Shown here piece after piece: positions 1-11,192 of a stretch of 64,000 bases of DNA. The notes beneath the pieces were generated by a model. It did no database searches, was not told the DNA's origin, and worked only from the letters and a program-made list of their open reading frames with translations. The stretch's first letter is position 1, and each line of letters opens with the position of its first letter. The stretch spans positions 2,480,001-2,544,000 of the forward strand of contig NC_027217.1 of the NCBI RefSeq assembly GCF_000981445.1. The letters are read 5' to 3'. Made by a program: the position numbers and the translations under genes. This DNA is from Babesia bigemina. Its lineage: Eukaryota.

Positions 1-2
1 AT

Positions 3-134
3 CCGCTGCCTCAGACGGCGTCCATGCATCAAATGTCGCCGATAGATCGCATGTTACTCCGCCGCGAGCAGCTGCTGATGCGGCAGTCGGCGAAGTTCCT
101 CAACGAGGTGAAGCGACAGCAGGACGCAGGGTAG
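3..134 (+). CDS. 3' end of a gene entering from the left edge, product unknown
   Basis: Open frame from the window edge, PLPQTASMHQMSPIDRMLLRREQLLMRQSAKFLNEVKRQQDAG*, TAG at 132-134, coding-like GC3. Confidence 0.5.
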   Translation, partial: PLPQTASMHQMSPIDRMLLRREQLLMRQSAKFLNEVKRQQDAG

Positions 135-423
135 CGCCGACACACATCGCGGCGCTCAGCCGGTAACACATGGAATCCAAATCGTTGCACCTAACATGTA
201 ATGCGCAAATAAATGTTGTAAAAACAGTTTGCCTTCCGAACGTGTAGGCAGAATTTACGGAGCGTTCATCCCCCTCAGTGAGAGTAGACGGAGCTACCGG
301 CACGGCATACGTACTGTAACCTGTCGGTCACCGGTTGTGCTTTTTGCCTGCCAACTAAACCGCTCAACTGGTGCTCCGCCACAAAAGTGAAGGCAGAGTC
401 ATCGCCGTGTCCGATGACATCAA

Positions 424-1567
424 ATGAACAGTGCTGCAGCGGTCCGTGGGCTGCTCAACAGGCCTACAGTCGCAGGTGAGAACGTATGTGGCTGCGTGCG
501 AACGCATATAATCCTCAGCACCGTACCTGGCACGGCCCTTCGTGAACATATACGACCTGGAAGGCACCACGGAGGCGCCCTTTCTCAGTGAAGCTAATGT
601 AGGTCACTCATACGCAACTCCGCAATTTCCGGCAGATCAGCTATGCGGCCAGACTGTTCGAGAAAAGGGTAAATCCCAACCCCGTATACGTGGCGGACAC
701 CGTGGATGATGCGCCCAGACGCAGGACCCCGCAGGTCAGTGGCGCTGCACTGCATGTCGCAACTCACTACCGCCACGAGTTTCAAACGAGGTCATCGGCG
801 CGCAGGTGGCCATACTGGGCCATTCGAACGTCGGTAAGTCCAGCCTGCTGAACTCGCTGCTGTACGGGAAGATGCTCCCGCGGTTCGCCAAGGATGTGGT
901 ATGACCGTGGCAAGCCAAGCGCAACCCGTGCAGAGATCGAACGCAAAAATGCTCAAGGAGCCCGTTTTCGCGCCGGTTTCGGACAACCCGGTAAATGCGC
1001 GCATAGAAGCGAATGACGCTGGTGCAGGGCCGCACCAGGCACATGTTCACGTTCGACCTGGGCGGCGACTTATCGCTGGTCGATCTGCCGGGATACGGCT
1101 ACGCCAAGGTGCCAGACGTAAGACAGATGTGCCCGCAAGCGTTCACGTACGCCTCGCAGAACCTCAGGAACGAATGGTCGGTGCTGGTCAACAAGTACCT
1201 GACGCAAGCACCCAGGTAAGACAATCGGCACGGAACCAGCAATCAGCGACTGCGCAGCTTGCAGCGCCTTTTGTCGCTCATAGACAGCCACAAGGGCCCG
1301 GGGGAACTGGACGTCAAGTTGTGGGAGATGCTACAGGAAATGAGGCTGCCCTTCCAGGTGGTACTCACGAAGTGCGAGGCGCTCAAGCCGCACGAGCTAC
1401 ACCTCGTGTGCCAGCGCACCGTTGAGATGCTCAAGGCGTACGGAGACTGCGTCCACCCGTATGTGCACGCTACGTCCGCGCTTAGACAGCTCGGAATCGC
1501 CGAGCTCAAGCTGTCGATAGCACACATCGCATACACACACGCTGCAAAGCGAAATATAGTCCAATGA
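424..1567 (+). CDS. engB: EngB/YihA-family ribosome biogenesis GTPase, multi-exon, probably organellar
   Basis: Spliced translation gives G1 [17 protein letters not shown]2 PGRT, G3 DLPGYGY, G4 LTKCE and G5 TSA. Six short GT..AG introns (first 476-518). N-terminus [14 protein letters not shown] resembles a mitochondrial presequence. Confidence 0.88.
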
Positions 1568-1775
1568 ATGTAAAATTCCTCCAGGACACTGCCGCATTCC
1601 TGCGCCACAGAACCCGAGCTCCATAGACAGCACGACGCCAGGCGACCTGCACTGACGGATGTGCTTGTGGCGCCTCCGCACGACACACCCGTCGCAGATT
1701 CCTAGCAGTAATAGAGCGTCCGAAATGTGGATGCTCGGTGTGCCCGGGTGGAAAAGCCGCTGAAAACCGCGGCTG

Positions 1776-2537
1776 ATGACCTACCTTGGCGGTGCCCTGG
1801 CGTCAGCGCTGTTCGGCTGGGCTGTGATGCGATGGCTGTCAAAACGCCGCAACCGAGGGAGTCACGGGGGACGGTACCTGGCGGCCGTGATTCTGGGACC
1901 AGGTGGGTCATTCCGGCCCCCAGCGATGCGGCACTAATCTGTCGCAGGAGGGCATGCATGTGAAATGGGAGAAGTGCTCAGAGCGCTGGACAAGACGAAG
2001 TACGTGTTCGCGTTCGTCTGCGGAAACAACGATGACATAACCACTGAACGGATCCTGGAAGAGATACGGCAATCTGATGACGTCAATGTGGTCAGTGGCG
2101 GCGTGCCGTTGCGCAGGCTGCCTGTGCCAAAAGGCCATGGCCAACCCGCAATCAAGTCCGTCATGCAGGCTGCATATTCGTTCGTCATCTCATTAGTTAC
2201 GCTGCTAAAATTGCGGCCAGACGTCGTAGGTGGCAGATATTGTTGCGGACAGCATGCGCAGATCATCACCAACGGGCCGGGCATCGCAGTGCCGCCGTGC
2301 TACGCAGCCGTGCTACTAAACGTGAGTCTACACAACAGATAGGAACATGGAAACGCGCAGATCGCAATGGCAGCAAACGTGAAAATAGTCTACATTGAGA
2401 GTCTCTGCAGAGTTCAGGATTTGTCGCAGACCGGGAGGCTGCTATATCGCGTTGCGCACACGTTCATCGTCATGTGGCCGCAAGTTGCCGCGAAGTGGCC
2501 TCGTGCCTTGTACCTCGGTGAGATCGACAGGCTCTAG
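1776..2537 (+). CDS. ALG14: UDP-GlcNAc transferase subunit ALG14
   Basis: Exons 1776-1902, 1948-2225, 2262-2321, 2361-2537. N-terminal membrane helix, then VILGPGGHACEM, PDVIITNGPG, VYIESLCRV..LSQTGRLLY and FIVMWP. Confidence 0.92.
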
Positions 2538-4673
2538 AGCCTGACCACTTCATCGAGCTTCTTATCGGCCTTGCCCATTCTATTCTCCAATGTGGAAACT
2601 CTCTTCTTGGTTGTAATTACCTCGTTTTGAATGCGCCTAAGCGACCAGAGAGGCGAGCCCTTCTTACGACCGCGCTTCTTGTCTGCGGTGGCCGCGGCTG
2701 CATCCTGCGTCGTGCCGGTGGCCTCGGAGGAAGCTATGACCTCGCCGTCCTCGTTCAGGCGCTTGAAGCCCGTCAGTTTGACGCCGCCGTCTTCCCCAGA
2801 GTCGGACGCTATCTCGTCGTCAATGGTCTCCTTGTGAGCACTGGTGTCGGCAGGGTCGCCGTTTTCGTCGACAATGTCATAGGAGCCGGTGACGGGAGTA
2901 TCCTTTTTTGCCGAGGCCGCGCCAGTCTCAGCACCTTCCGAGCTCCCGCTCCCGCTGGTGGCGGCATCTGCGCTGGACTCATCGGTTGAACCCGGCGCGC
3001 TGCTTGCCTCCCCCTCCTCGTCCGTCACCGCAGCGTCGGCGTCACTAGAGGCGGTTGTTGAAGCCTCCTGGAGTTCACCTTCGCCATCAGTGTATGTCTT
3101 GGTTTCACCTTCTTTGGCCTCTTTGGTTTCACCTTTTGTCGCACTGCTAGACTCAGTGCTGCTGGATCCCTCACCACTAGACTCAGTGCTGCTGGATCCT
3201 TCACCACTAGACTCAGTGCTGCTGGATCCCTCACTGCTAGACTCAGTGCTGCTGGATTCATCGCTGTCTGAATCTACACTTCCGGAGTCGACACTGCTGG
3301 ATCCCTCACTTCCGGAATCAATGCTGCTGGATCCCTCACCGCTAGAATCTACACTGCTACCGGCGGCATCGTCAACAGCCTTAGGGGTGCTTGCGTCCGA
3401 CTCCGAGGACACGCCTGATGTTGACGTGCTCTCGGCCGGTGCAGCCTTGCTTTCGCTTTCTGCAGTGCCGGACTCAGGACTTGTAGGGATCCCCTCGGTT
3501 TCGCCCGTGACGGTGGATCCGCTTGTAGATGGTGGTGCTGAATTTGGTGCGCTCGTAGATGACTCACTTTTGGAACCGCCTGCGGTGCCGTCAACGGCTG
3601 ACGTCGATTCCACATACGCGGCACTGGGGGCGGCGGTACTCACGGCACCTTCTCCTTTGGCAGCGCCTCTGAAGCGGAAGAACTTCTTTTGCTGTTCGTC
3701 GTAGATCCAGCTGATCTTGGTATCAGCGGCGTCCAGCCTGGACATCTCTTCCGGGCCCATGGGCACGAACGAGCTGTCCACAATCTTCACACGGCTCTTT
3801 TTGAGCAGGCCTTTAATGTCAGCATCAGACAGCGGCGTCTTGAAGTACAAGTACACCGAGTTCTCAGGGTTGTCACCGTCGCCGAACGTCACCTGGGAAC
3901 GGTAGAAGTGCAGGGGGTCGCGAATGTCCGCCTTGTAGCGCATGTATTTGGCATTGGGGTCCGTTGATATTTGTGGCGTAGGAAGTTTCGCAGCTTTTTT
4001 AGCCTGCTTCGGCTTCTTCGCCTTTTTACCCTTGCCAGCCGCTTTCTTCTTGGTAACGTTGCGCTTTTTGGCACCTGGCTTTGCCTTGCCCTTTGCGCGT
4101 ACAGCTCCACTTTTTGCGCGTGCAGCTCCGGCCTTTTTGCCTTTTTTGAGCAACTTGCGCGAATCCGACCCTTCCTCTACCGCGCCTTCAGAATCGTGGG
4201 CGTAGGGCTGTTGCATTATGTGAGCCAGTGAGGGGAACGTACGGTGCCGGCGGAACCCGCTACACTGTCAGATTCCAAAAACGCTGTATCATACTTTGGT
4301 GCGAGGTCCAAGATTCCTGCATGTACATGTCATCCAAAAATACCGGCGTCAATATGCAACAGCATCATCACAAAGCACAACCCTCTGATGTTGCAACAGC
4401 GTCAGCACAAAGCACAAGCCTCTGATGTTGCAACAACGTCAGCACAAAGCACAACCCTCTGACGTTGCAACGTCAGCACGATACTTACGAAGCGAAATGA
4501 GCTAACGAACGGCGCCGCTTTCGCAAAGCGTTTAACATCATATACAACCTTAATATGCAGCATTATGCAGAACAAAACGTACCAACGATTATGGCGTCTA
4601 CAGCGGGGCCGGTCAAGCCGTAGCCGGCAAAAGCAAGGATATGAAATAGTCGCAGCAGCTTGAAGGGACCCAT
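2534..4673 (-). CDS. Secreted low-complexity protein with Lys-rich and Ser/Glu-rich repeat regions
   Basis: 560-aa ORF 2534-4216 plus upstream exons. 4673-4583 encodes a signal-like peptide MGPFKLLRLFHILAFAGYGLTGPAVDA, and ~4316-4243 splices in frame. The 5' exon structure is tentative. Confidence 0.75.
3142..3358. repeat. 30-bp coding tandem repeat encoding SSSTESSGEG-like decapeptides
   Basis: ctagactcagtgctgctggatc recurs with 30-bp period about four times, followed by degenerate copies. Confidence 0.92.
4368..4479. repeat. ~37-bp tandem repeat x3, probably intronic
   Basis: Unit agcacaaagcacaa(c/g)cctctgatgttgcaaca(g/a)cgtc; the last copy carries the perfect palindrome ctgacgttgcaacgtcag (4459-4476). 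Confidence 0.9.
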
Positions 4674-5384
4674 CCTTCTCAAACTCGATCTCACGTGTAC
4701 TGTTGGCACAATGCTCTACAAGCCGTTATGACATCAGCGTGTCTTAAATCACAAAACAACAGTGCTAAGCCGAAATGAGTACGGCAGAGTGATTAGGTGG
4801 AGCGTATTTGCAACACCAACAAAATTCGATAACCAAAACAAAACTTAGTCGCCGATGAACTCTAACTGAAGCTGACTGACATTCTACAGTGCCACTAATC
4901 TAAAGAGAATTATGTCTGGATACTAAATTCGCGAAAATTTTGAACCGCAAAATTTAGACCAAACTGCGACAGGATACAGCACGCGGTGGAATGCGCGTAT
5001 AGAAGCCTTTAACGTGCACACATTTTGCTGGTTGCGGCTGTAATGAGGAGGAGCGGCTCCCAGCCGCCAACGTGCGGTGGTCAACTCCGTAACCAGTGGA
5101 AATGGGAGCTATAAACAGCTAGGAAGGCAACATTATTGTCGACACATTGCGCTCTAAATGTCAATTGAATGTAGTGGCGGTTGATGGGAGGGCGCGCGGA
5201 CGCTTTGGGAGCGGCACGACAGTGGAATCCAGACACTCGGGGGAGTGCCATTGAGTCAGCCGGCGAAACTCGTACGTGCACTAAATTCTACCGAGATCCG
5301 ATCGGATATTACGAGGGCGATCCTGGGTTGGGCCCAGGGATGCCCGGAATCGCAAGCGTCCGGCCGGCGCCTACACAGGCCTAG

Positions 5385-7130
5385 ATGCCTCTGAAGACAT
5401 CTAAAATCGCAACAAGGCTGGTCATCGCTATATGCGCGGTAGCTGCATGCTGTTACAAACCTTGTGTTGGCTTGTACGTTCCGCATAGTGCGCCAAAAGA
5501 TGGGATTCTGTCAGCAGTCAACGCCTGGGCTGCACCTGGATTCCTCGCGGCAGCCGCATACGGCTCTCCACCCAGGCATGCCAAACATCGCAACGCTCGT
5601 CTGAGGCTCACATCAAGCCGAAACGTGCACTGGTTGCCCGTGAACGACGGGGGCGGTGGCGAAAGCTACCCATTAGTCGGAAGTGGTACCCGCAATGGCC
5701 GCAACGACGCCCAATATCGCAATTTCGCGCTGTACGCGAAGCCGGTCATCAGCGATCACAGCTACCCGCGATCTAGGATACCGAGACACGCCACTGTGGA
5801 CTACGAAAACCTGCTGAGGTCGCACGATCCCGAGCAAATCAACTACAACACGCGGCTGAGGGACATGCCGGGGGTGGACATGGGCGCCTTGGACAATGTC
5901 TACGGGCGCATTTTCGATCGCAGGGTGCTGATTAAGCAGCTGCGGTACTTCCTGGAACGGGACGAGTTCCACTCCATCAAGCGGCTCCTCAGCGAGAACA
6001 GGCTGGTGCTCACCAAGGAGGACTGCAAGCGGTTCGTCGACGACGTGGACCACCTGCTGCAGGTGCGGCTGGGGTACCAGGAGCCTACGGACGAGAATAT
6101 GGAGCAGACTATGCCGTTCCTGGTGGCCCGGTACGTGCTGCAACACCTCATCCCGCAAGACAGGCAGACGCTCAGCTGCTACAGGTGGCTCGAGCCGAAG
6201 GAGGCGCCAGCCGACGTGCCGGAGTACACCGAGGACTACGAGGAGCCGAAGGGCACCCCCGAAAAGCCAGCGAGAGTCGAGGATACCGTGGCGTACCGGA
6301 AGATCATGAAGCGGCTGCGCACGGTGCAACCCGAGCTGCGCCTCAAGGTCATGAAGGAGCTGTTCCTGCGCCTGTACCGGGCGAAGCGCAACAAGCTCTT
6401 CGAGTGCCTGTGGAAGTACCAGAGGCTGAAGCCCAACGCCGAGGTGTGGCGAAAGCGGAAGGTTCGCAACAAGGTCAACATCGACCGCGTGTCGCCGTTC
6501 CTGTCCAGGCCCACCAGGTGTACTGAGGAGATGGTGAAGGAGTACACGGGGCACTTCGAGGAGGCTGTCAACAAAGGCGACCTGGCGACCGCCTGCAGAC
6601 TGCTGAAGCGGTATGTGCGGCGCATCGACTGGAAGAACAACATGCGCCTCATGCTCAAGTTCAAGGACCTGTTCGGCGAAATGCACAGGTGCAGGAAGTA
6701 CAGCCTCGAGGCGCTCCGTAAGCTGCGGATCCTCTACTGGTCCACGGTCAAGTTCAGGAAGGTGCTCATCAAGATCAACGAGCCGGCCATGGTGCACGAG
6801 GCGGGCAAGACCATGAAGGAGCTCTACGAGGAGCAGCTGCAAAACTGGCGCGAACGCACGCGGGCGAAGAACGACGAGCTCATGCGGCGCCGCGGAATAG
6901 ACATGGACAAGGTGCGCGACTTCTCCAACATATACGGCTTCGACTGGGTGCCCATCCTGTACCCCGAGGAGTACGAGGCTGGGATCAAGGCGCAGGAGGA
7001 GCGCCTCAACAAACTGAGAAGGAAGGCGCAGTGGGTCAAGGACGAGCTGCAGAGGAGGCGGATCCGCGAAATGGGCGAAGGCGACGAGCCCGTGCGCAAG
7101 AAGGGGAAGACGCCGACGCTATGGATCTAG
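5385..7130 (+). CDS. Hypothetical protein with bipartite (signal + transit-like) leader, probably apicoplast-targeted
   Basis: 581-aa ORF with hydrophobic LVIAICAVAACC, a basic R/H/S-rich transit-like stretch, then a helical K/R/E-rich body with strong GC3 bias. Confidence 0.75.
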   Translation: MPLKTSKIATRLVIAICAVAACCYKPCVGLYVPHSAPKDGILSAVNAWAAPGFLAAAAYGSPPRHAKHRNARLRLTSSRNVHWLPVNDGGGGESYPLVGSGTRNGRNDAQYRNFALYAKPVISDHSYPRSRIPRHATVDYENLLRSHDPEQINYNTRLRDMPGVDMGALDNVYGRIFDRRVLIKQLRYFLERDEFHSIKRLLSENRLVLTKEDCKRFVDDVDHLLQVRLGYQEPTDENMEQTMPFLVARYVLQHLIPQDRQTLSCYRWLEPKEAPADVPEYTEDYEEPKGTPEKPARVEDTVAYRKIMKRLRTVQPELRLKVMKELFLRLYRAKRNKLFECLWKYQRLKPNAEVWRKRKVRNKVNIDRVSPFLSRPTRCTEEMVKEYTGHFEEAVNKGDLATACRLLKRYVRRIDWKNNMRLMLKFKDLFGEMHRCRKYSLEALRKLRILYWSTVKFRKVLIKINEPAMVHEAGKTMKELYEEQLQNWRERTRAKNDELMRRRGIDMDKVRDFSNIYGFDWVPILYPEEYEAGIKAQEERLNKLRRKAQWVKDELQRRRIREMGEGDEPVRKKGKTPTLWI

Positions 7131-7605
7131 CCGGCCGTTGCGGTCGCCAGTTGCCTGCTATGGCCCCTCCAAACGAACCAGCAGAAAACCAACACCAGCT
7201 AACCAAAAGTATTACACATCTGTATTCTGGTGGCGACCTCCGCGAACAGACAGGGGGTCCTTCTCGGGCAGCAGGTGTGTAACCTGCTAGGTCCGAGGCG
7301 GATCGACACATGGTTCCCGCAATGTGCCGACAAGCACATTGCGTACGATGTCCAAATTGTACGTGATGCGGACTGGACCGCCTCAGCGGCTCGGGCGGAT
7401 ACCGTGATCCGTAACATCGCGCAGTGACAGCCCAGCGCCAAACCGCCGTAATGGGCGAACAACGCTGCCCATGTAACTCGCAGGATTTACATGGGGCAGC
7501 TACATCGTACCGTAAGCCAATAGGCCCTATGAGCTCAACAGACCGGGATTTGGCGGAGGAAGGTCGTCGCTCAGTCGGTCAGACAGCACAAACATCTGTG
7601 GCGAA

Positions 7606-9369
7606 ATGGCGGCCTATACGGGCAAGAAATCGTACAGGAGCGCCGTGCAGTCGCTGGTGATCGACATCGGCCATGGATACGTACGCGGCGGCTCCGCTGG
7701 TGAAAGCCAACCGAGATGCATATGGCCGGCAGCGGTGGGAGCGGGGGGCGACCACGACATCTTCCCGCTCGTGGAGAACAGCAACTACCGGCACTCGCAA
7801 GTCAGGATGCTGCGCAGGGTGATGGTTAACCTCTCAGGCGATCCGCTGATTGAAATCGACAAGAATGCGTACCTCCGAGCCATCCGCGGCACCTTCGGCG
7901 ACAGCCGCGTGCTAGATCGCAGGCTGCTGAACGCTGCAGCCGCAAGGCCTTCGCAAGTCGGGAACGGCCCTGACGTAGTCACCATGGGAATCACAACCGC
8001 GCCGCGTGACTGCTGGGACCCGTTCAACTGCCGGAGCCTCTCGGCAACCCATCGCAAAATCTTCACCAGGCTCGACGAGGTCTGCCTTGAGCGAATCGTC
8101 AGCGGCCTCAACCGCTGGAACAACGTCTCCAGCGGCATGGGGGAGCAGGAGAACGCGCGGCCGCTGTTCCTCGTGGAGAGCAACCAGAGCAGCGTCGCAG
8201 TGCGGGAGCAACAGATGGAACTGGTCATGGAGCAGATGAACTCCCCGGGCATATACTTCGGCCAGGGCAGTGCCCTGGCGTGTTACGCCTTCGGGGCCAA
8301 GAGCGGCCTCGTTATCGACGTTGGTGCGGCGACGACGTCGCTGGGGCTGGTTGCGGAGGAGGGCATATTCGCGTTCCGCGAGTATTTCGTGGGGGGCGAC
8401 CACGTCGACGCGCTGATGTACATGCTGCTGAAGGAGTGCGACAAAAAAACGCTGAACGCCGTGCTGCACCACCCCTCGTACTCCCTCGGCACTGCGCTGC
8501 GCGAACACATGAACGACGACTACCTCCCGAGGGCCTTGGCAACACGCATCTGGCACCACGAGTTCGACCCCAGGCACTTCTACATACAGGAGAAGCTCAG
8601 GGCGCTGAAGGAATCGGTCATACACGCCGCGTCGTGCCCCATCTTCTCCGCAGACTCGCACGCCGATTCCAGGTACAGCGACATCACGACCGCGCTGATG
8701 CCCAAAAAGAGAGAAAACGCATCAGCCGCGTCTAGTGCAGAGACGGTGCTGCCCGACGGGACGCCCATGGTCATCGACGTATACAAGCGGAGGCCGGCGC
8801 GACACGCAGCGAAACGTAGCAAGAAGTGGATGTGGCCGCCCTTGCAGCCGACGGTGGATCCGAGTGAAGACAGCAGAGGGCCGCCTCAGGAAGGGGAGAA
8901 GCGCCTGCAAAACATCGCCGCCGACAGCGTCATGGCAGTAGCCTCAGAGATACTCTTTGACACCGCCGCGGTCGCTGCGCGGCTGCCGATAGACGTCGGG
9001 CGCTTCAAGGGCATATACAAGTCGTTCGAGGAGATGGCGATCGGGGAAGGGTTGCAAAATGCGGACGTGTTCCGGAACCTCGTGGTGGTCGGAGGGTGCG
9101 CAAACATGCCGGGGTTCACACAGCGGCTGGCCTACGACTTCCAGCACTACTCGCAGGACGCGCAGTTCCCCGTGCAAGGGGTGGACTACCGCCTGCTCAA
9201 CCCCGTCGTGAAGCATAACCGCTCCGTGTCCAGCTGGATGGGCGCCTCGATCCTGGCCAGCCTCAGCACGTTCGACTCGAGCTGGATCTCGGCGGACGAG
9301 TACCGCGAGCATGGCAAGAACATATGCAGGCGGAAGGGGTGCTTCAACTTCATCCAGCACGGAAATTAG
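7606..9369 (+). CDS. ARP4: Actin-related protein, ARP4-like (nuclear)
   Basis: LVIDIGHGYVRGGSAGE, SGLVIDVGA, NLVVVGGCANMPGF and SSWMGASILASLSTF..WIS..EY.EHG. Basic NLS-like KRRPARHAAKRSKK. Subfamily assignment is inferred. Confidence 0.78.
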   Translation: MAAYTGKKSYRSAVQSLVIDIGHGYVRGGSAGESQPRCIWPAAVGAGGDHDIFPLVENSNYRHSQVRMLRRVMVNLSGDPLIEIDKNAYLRAIRGTFGDSRVLDRRLLNAAAARPSQVGNGPDVVTMGITTAPRDCWDPFNCRSLSATHRKIFTRLDEVCLERIVSGLNRWNNVSSGMGEQENARPLFLVESNQSSVAVREQQMELVMEQMNSPGIYFGQGSALACYAFGAKSGLVIDVGAATTSLGLVAEEGIFAFREYFVGGDHVDALMYMLLKECDKKTLNAVLHHPSYSLGTALREHMNDDYLPRALATRIWHHEFDPRHFYIQEKLRALKESVIHAASCPIFSADSHADSRYSDITTALMPKKRENASAASSAETVLPDGTPMVIDVYKRRPARHAAKRSKKWMWPPLQPTVDPSEDSRGPPQEGEKRLQNIAADSVMAVASEILFDTAAVAARLPIDVGRFKGIYKSFEEMAIGEGLQNADVFRNLVVVGGCANMPGFTQRLAYDFQHYSQDAQFPVQGVDYRLLNPVVKHNRSVSSWMGASILASLSTFDSSWISADEYREHGKNICRRKGCFNFIQHGN

Positions 9370-9556
9370 GGCGCGCGTTGCAGTAGACACGCTCGCCACA
9401 TAACCATAGTCTAATGTGTTAAAATACGCGATACTGCACCAGCTGTTCGAACACTCCGCCGCCGCCGCCGTGGAAGGACACCGGTGTGTAGTGGATGGCA
9501 CACCCACTTACATTATCCCGAAAATGTGCTTCCACATGGGCAAGCCGTCCTTCGAA

Positions 9557-11153
9557 ATGACGTCCGAATTCGGCGTCATTGGGCTGGGCGTCATGGGTTC
9601 CGCCTACACGCAGAATCTCGCATCGCGGGGGATTCCTGTCGCCGCCTGGTCCATCCAGCAGCACGAAACCCAGAAGATGATGGAACAGAACATCCCCAAC
9701 CTTCAGCTGTTCAGCTCGCTGCCTGATTTCGTAAGCGTGGAGCCGTGTCGCTCAACAACGCGCAGGTTAAAAGCCTGAAGCGGCCGAGGAAGATTATCAT
9801 GCTCATCACGGTAGGGCACATGCCGCGTGAATACGCGTAATCCCCTGCAGGCTGGAAAGGCAGTGGATCAGACCATCGATTCGCTCATAGGACTGCTCAG
9901 GGAGGGCGACATTCTGCTCGATGGAGGCAACGAGTGGTACGAGAACACCGTCAGGCGGCTGGCACGGTGCGCCGAGCGCGGCATACAGTACGTCACTGGA
10001 ACGTAACGACATATGGCGCAGCTACTGCGGGGTGGGAATTAGCGGCGGCGAACGTGGCGCTCGCGAGTCGCCATGCATGATGTTCGGAGGGCAGCCCGAG
10101 GACTACGAGGCAGTGCGCCCCTTCATCGAGCAGGAGCCGGGGCGCTCCTTCTACGTCGGACCCGGCGCCAGCGGCCACTACGTCAAAATGGTGCACAACG
10201 GCATCGAGTACGCCATCATGCAGGTGCTCTCGGAGGTGTACATGATCATGCGGGACATTTTCGAGCTGCAGCTGGACAGCATCCACCAGATCCTCGCCGA
10301 GTGGGACCAGGGCGACGTCGGCTCGTTCCTGCTCGGCATCACCGCGAACATCCTGCAAGTGAAGGCCTCCGACGGAGTCACCTATCTGGTCGACAAGATC
10401 GTGGATTCCAGCGGCGCCAATGGCACCGGCAAGTGGACCGTCAAGGAGGCGCTGGACCTGGGTGTCCCGGTGCCAACCATCACCACCGCCGTCGAAATGC
10501 GCCACGCAAGCAACTCGTTCAGGAGCACCGTGGTGATGTCCAACAAAAAAATCAAAGAGGGGCACAGCATCTCGGAAGGTAGGTCAGGTTGCAGTTCATC
10601 TGCCTCCGGACACCGTTCATCGCACTGCAGGCGACCTCCGGAGAACGCTGTTCGGGTGCATCATCGTCTGCTTCGCGCAGGGCATTTCGCTGCTCATGAA
10701 GGCGTCGGAGAACTTCGGCTGGGGGCTGGACATGGGCAAGATCTGCAGAATATGGAGCAGTGAGTTCGCGATCATCACGCCGCTGACACGTGCAGAGGAC
10801 GCCATCATCAGCTGCAAGCTTCTCGAGCCCATCAGCGAGGCCTTTGAGGAGAACGAGACCCTCGCCAACCTGCTGGAGCACCCGGACATCCGCGCGAAAA
10901 TCGGAGACTCCGTCGAGTCGTGGAGGAAGGTCTGCAAGGCCTGCCTCAACTACAACCTCAGCGCGCCGGCCATCATCGCAAGCCTCCAGTACATCCAGAC
11001 GATGTCCTCCATGAACGTAGGTGCCGCAAGCACGGAGCTAATCTGACGCAGCTTGGGCACAACCTCATACAGGCGCAACGTGACTACTTCGGCGCCCACT
11101 GCTTCACACGCAACGACGGACCTGGAAAACACCACTACAACTGGGTACAATAA
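9557..11153 (+). CDS. PGD: 6-phosphogluconate dehydrogenase, decarboxylating (7 exons)
   Basis: GVIGLGVMG, DGGNE, GISGGERGAR, GHYVKMVHNGIEY, GTGKWT and NLIQAQRDYFGAH. Six short introns, e.g. 9731-9765 and 9811-9850. Confidence 0.97.
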
Positions 11154-11192
11154 TTCACGTATTTTACGTACAACCATTTAGCGCGAGCGTTG

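Noticed and set aside
5673..6842. Long antisense ORFs (389 aa here; similar ones opposite VPS13, ATR and at 41811-43130)
   Set aside because: Shadow ORFs expected from high GC3 codon bias on the coding strand; no recognisable motifs
9731..11051. Frame breaks in 6PGD and other genes considered as pseudogenisation or frameshifting
   Set aside because: Each break is explained by a short GT..AG intron whose removal restores the frame
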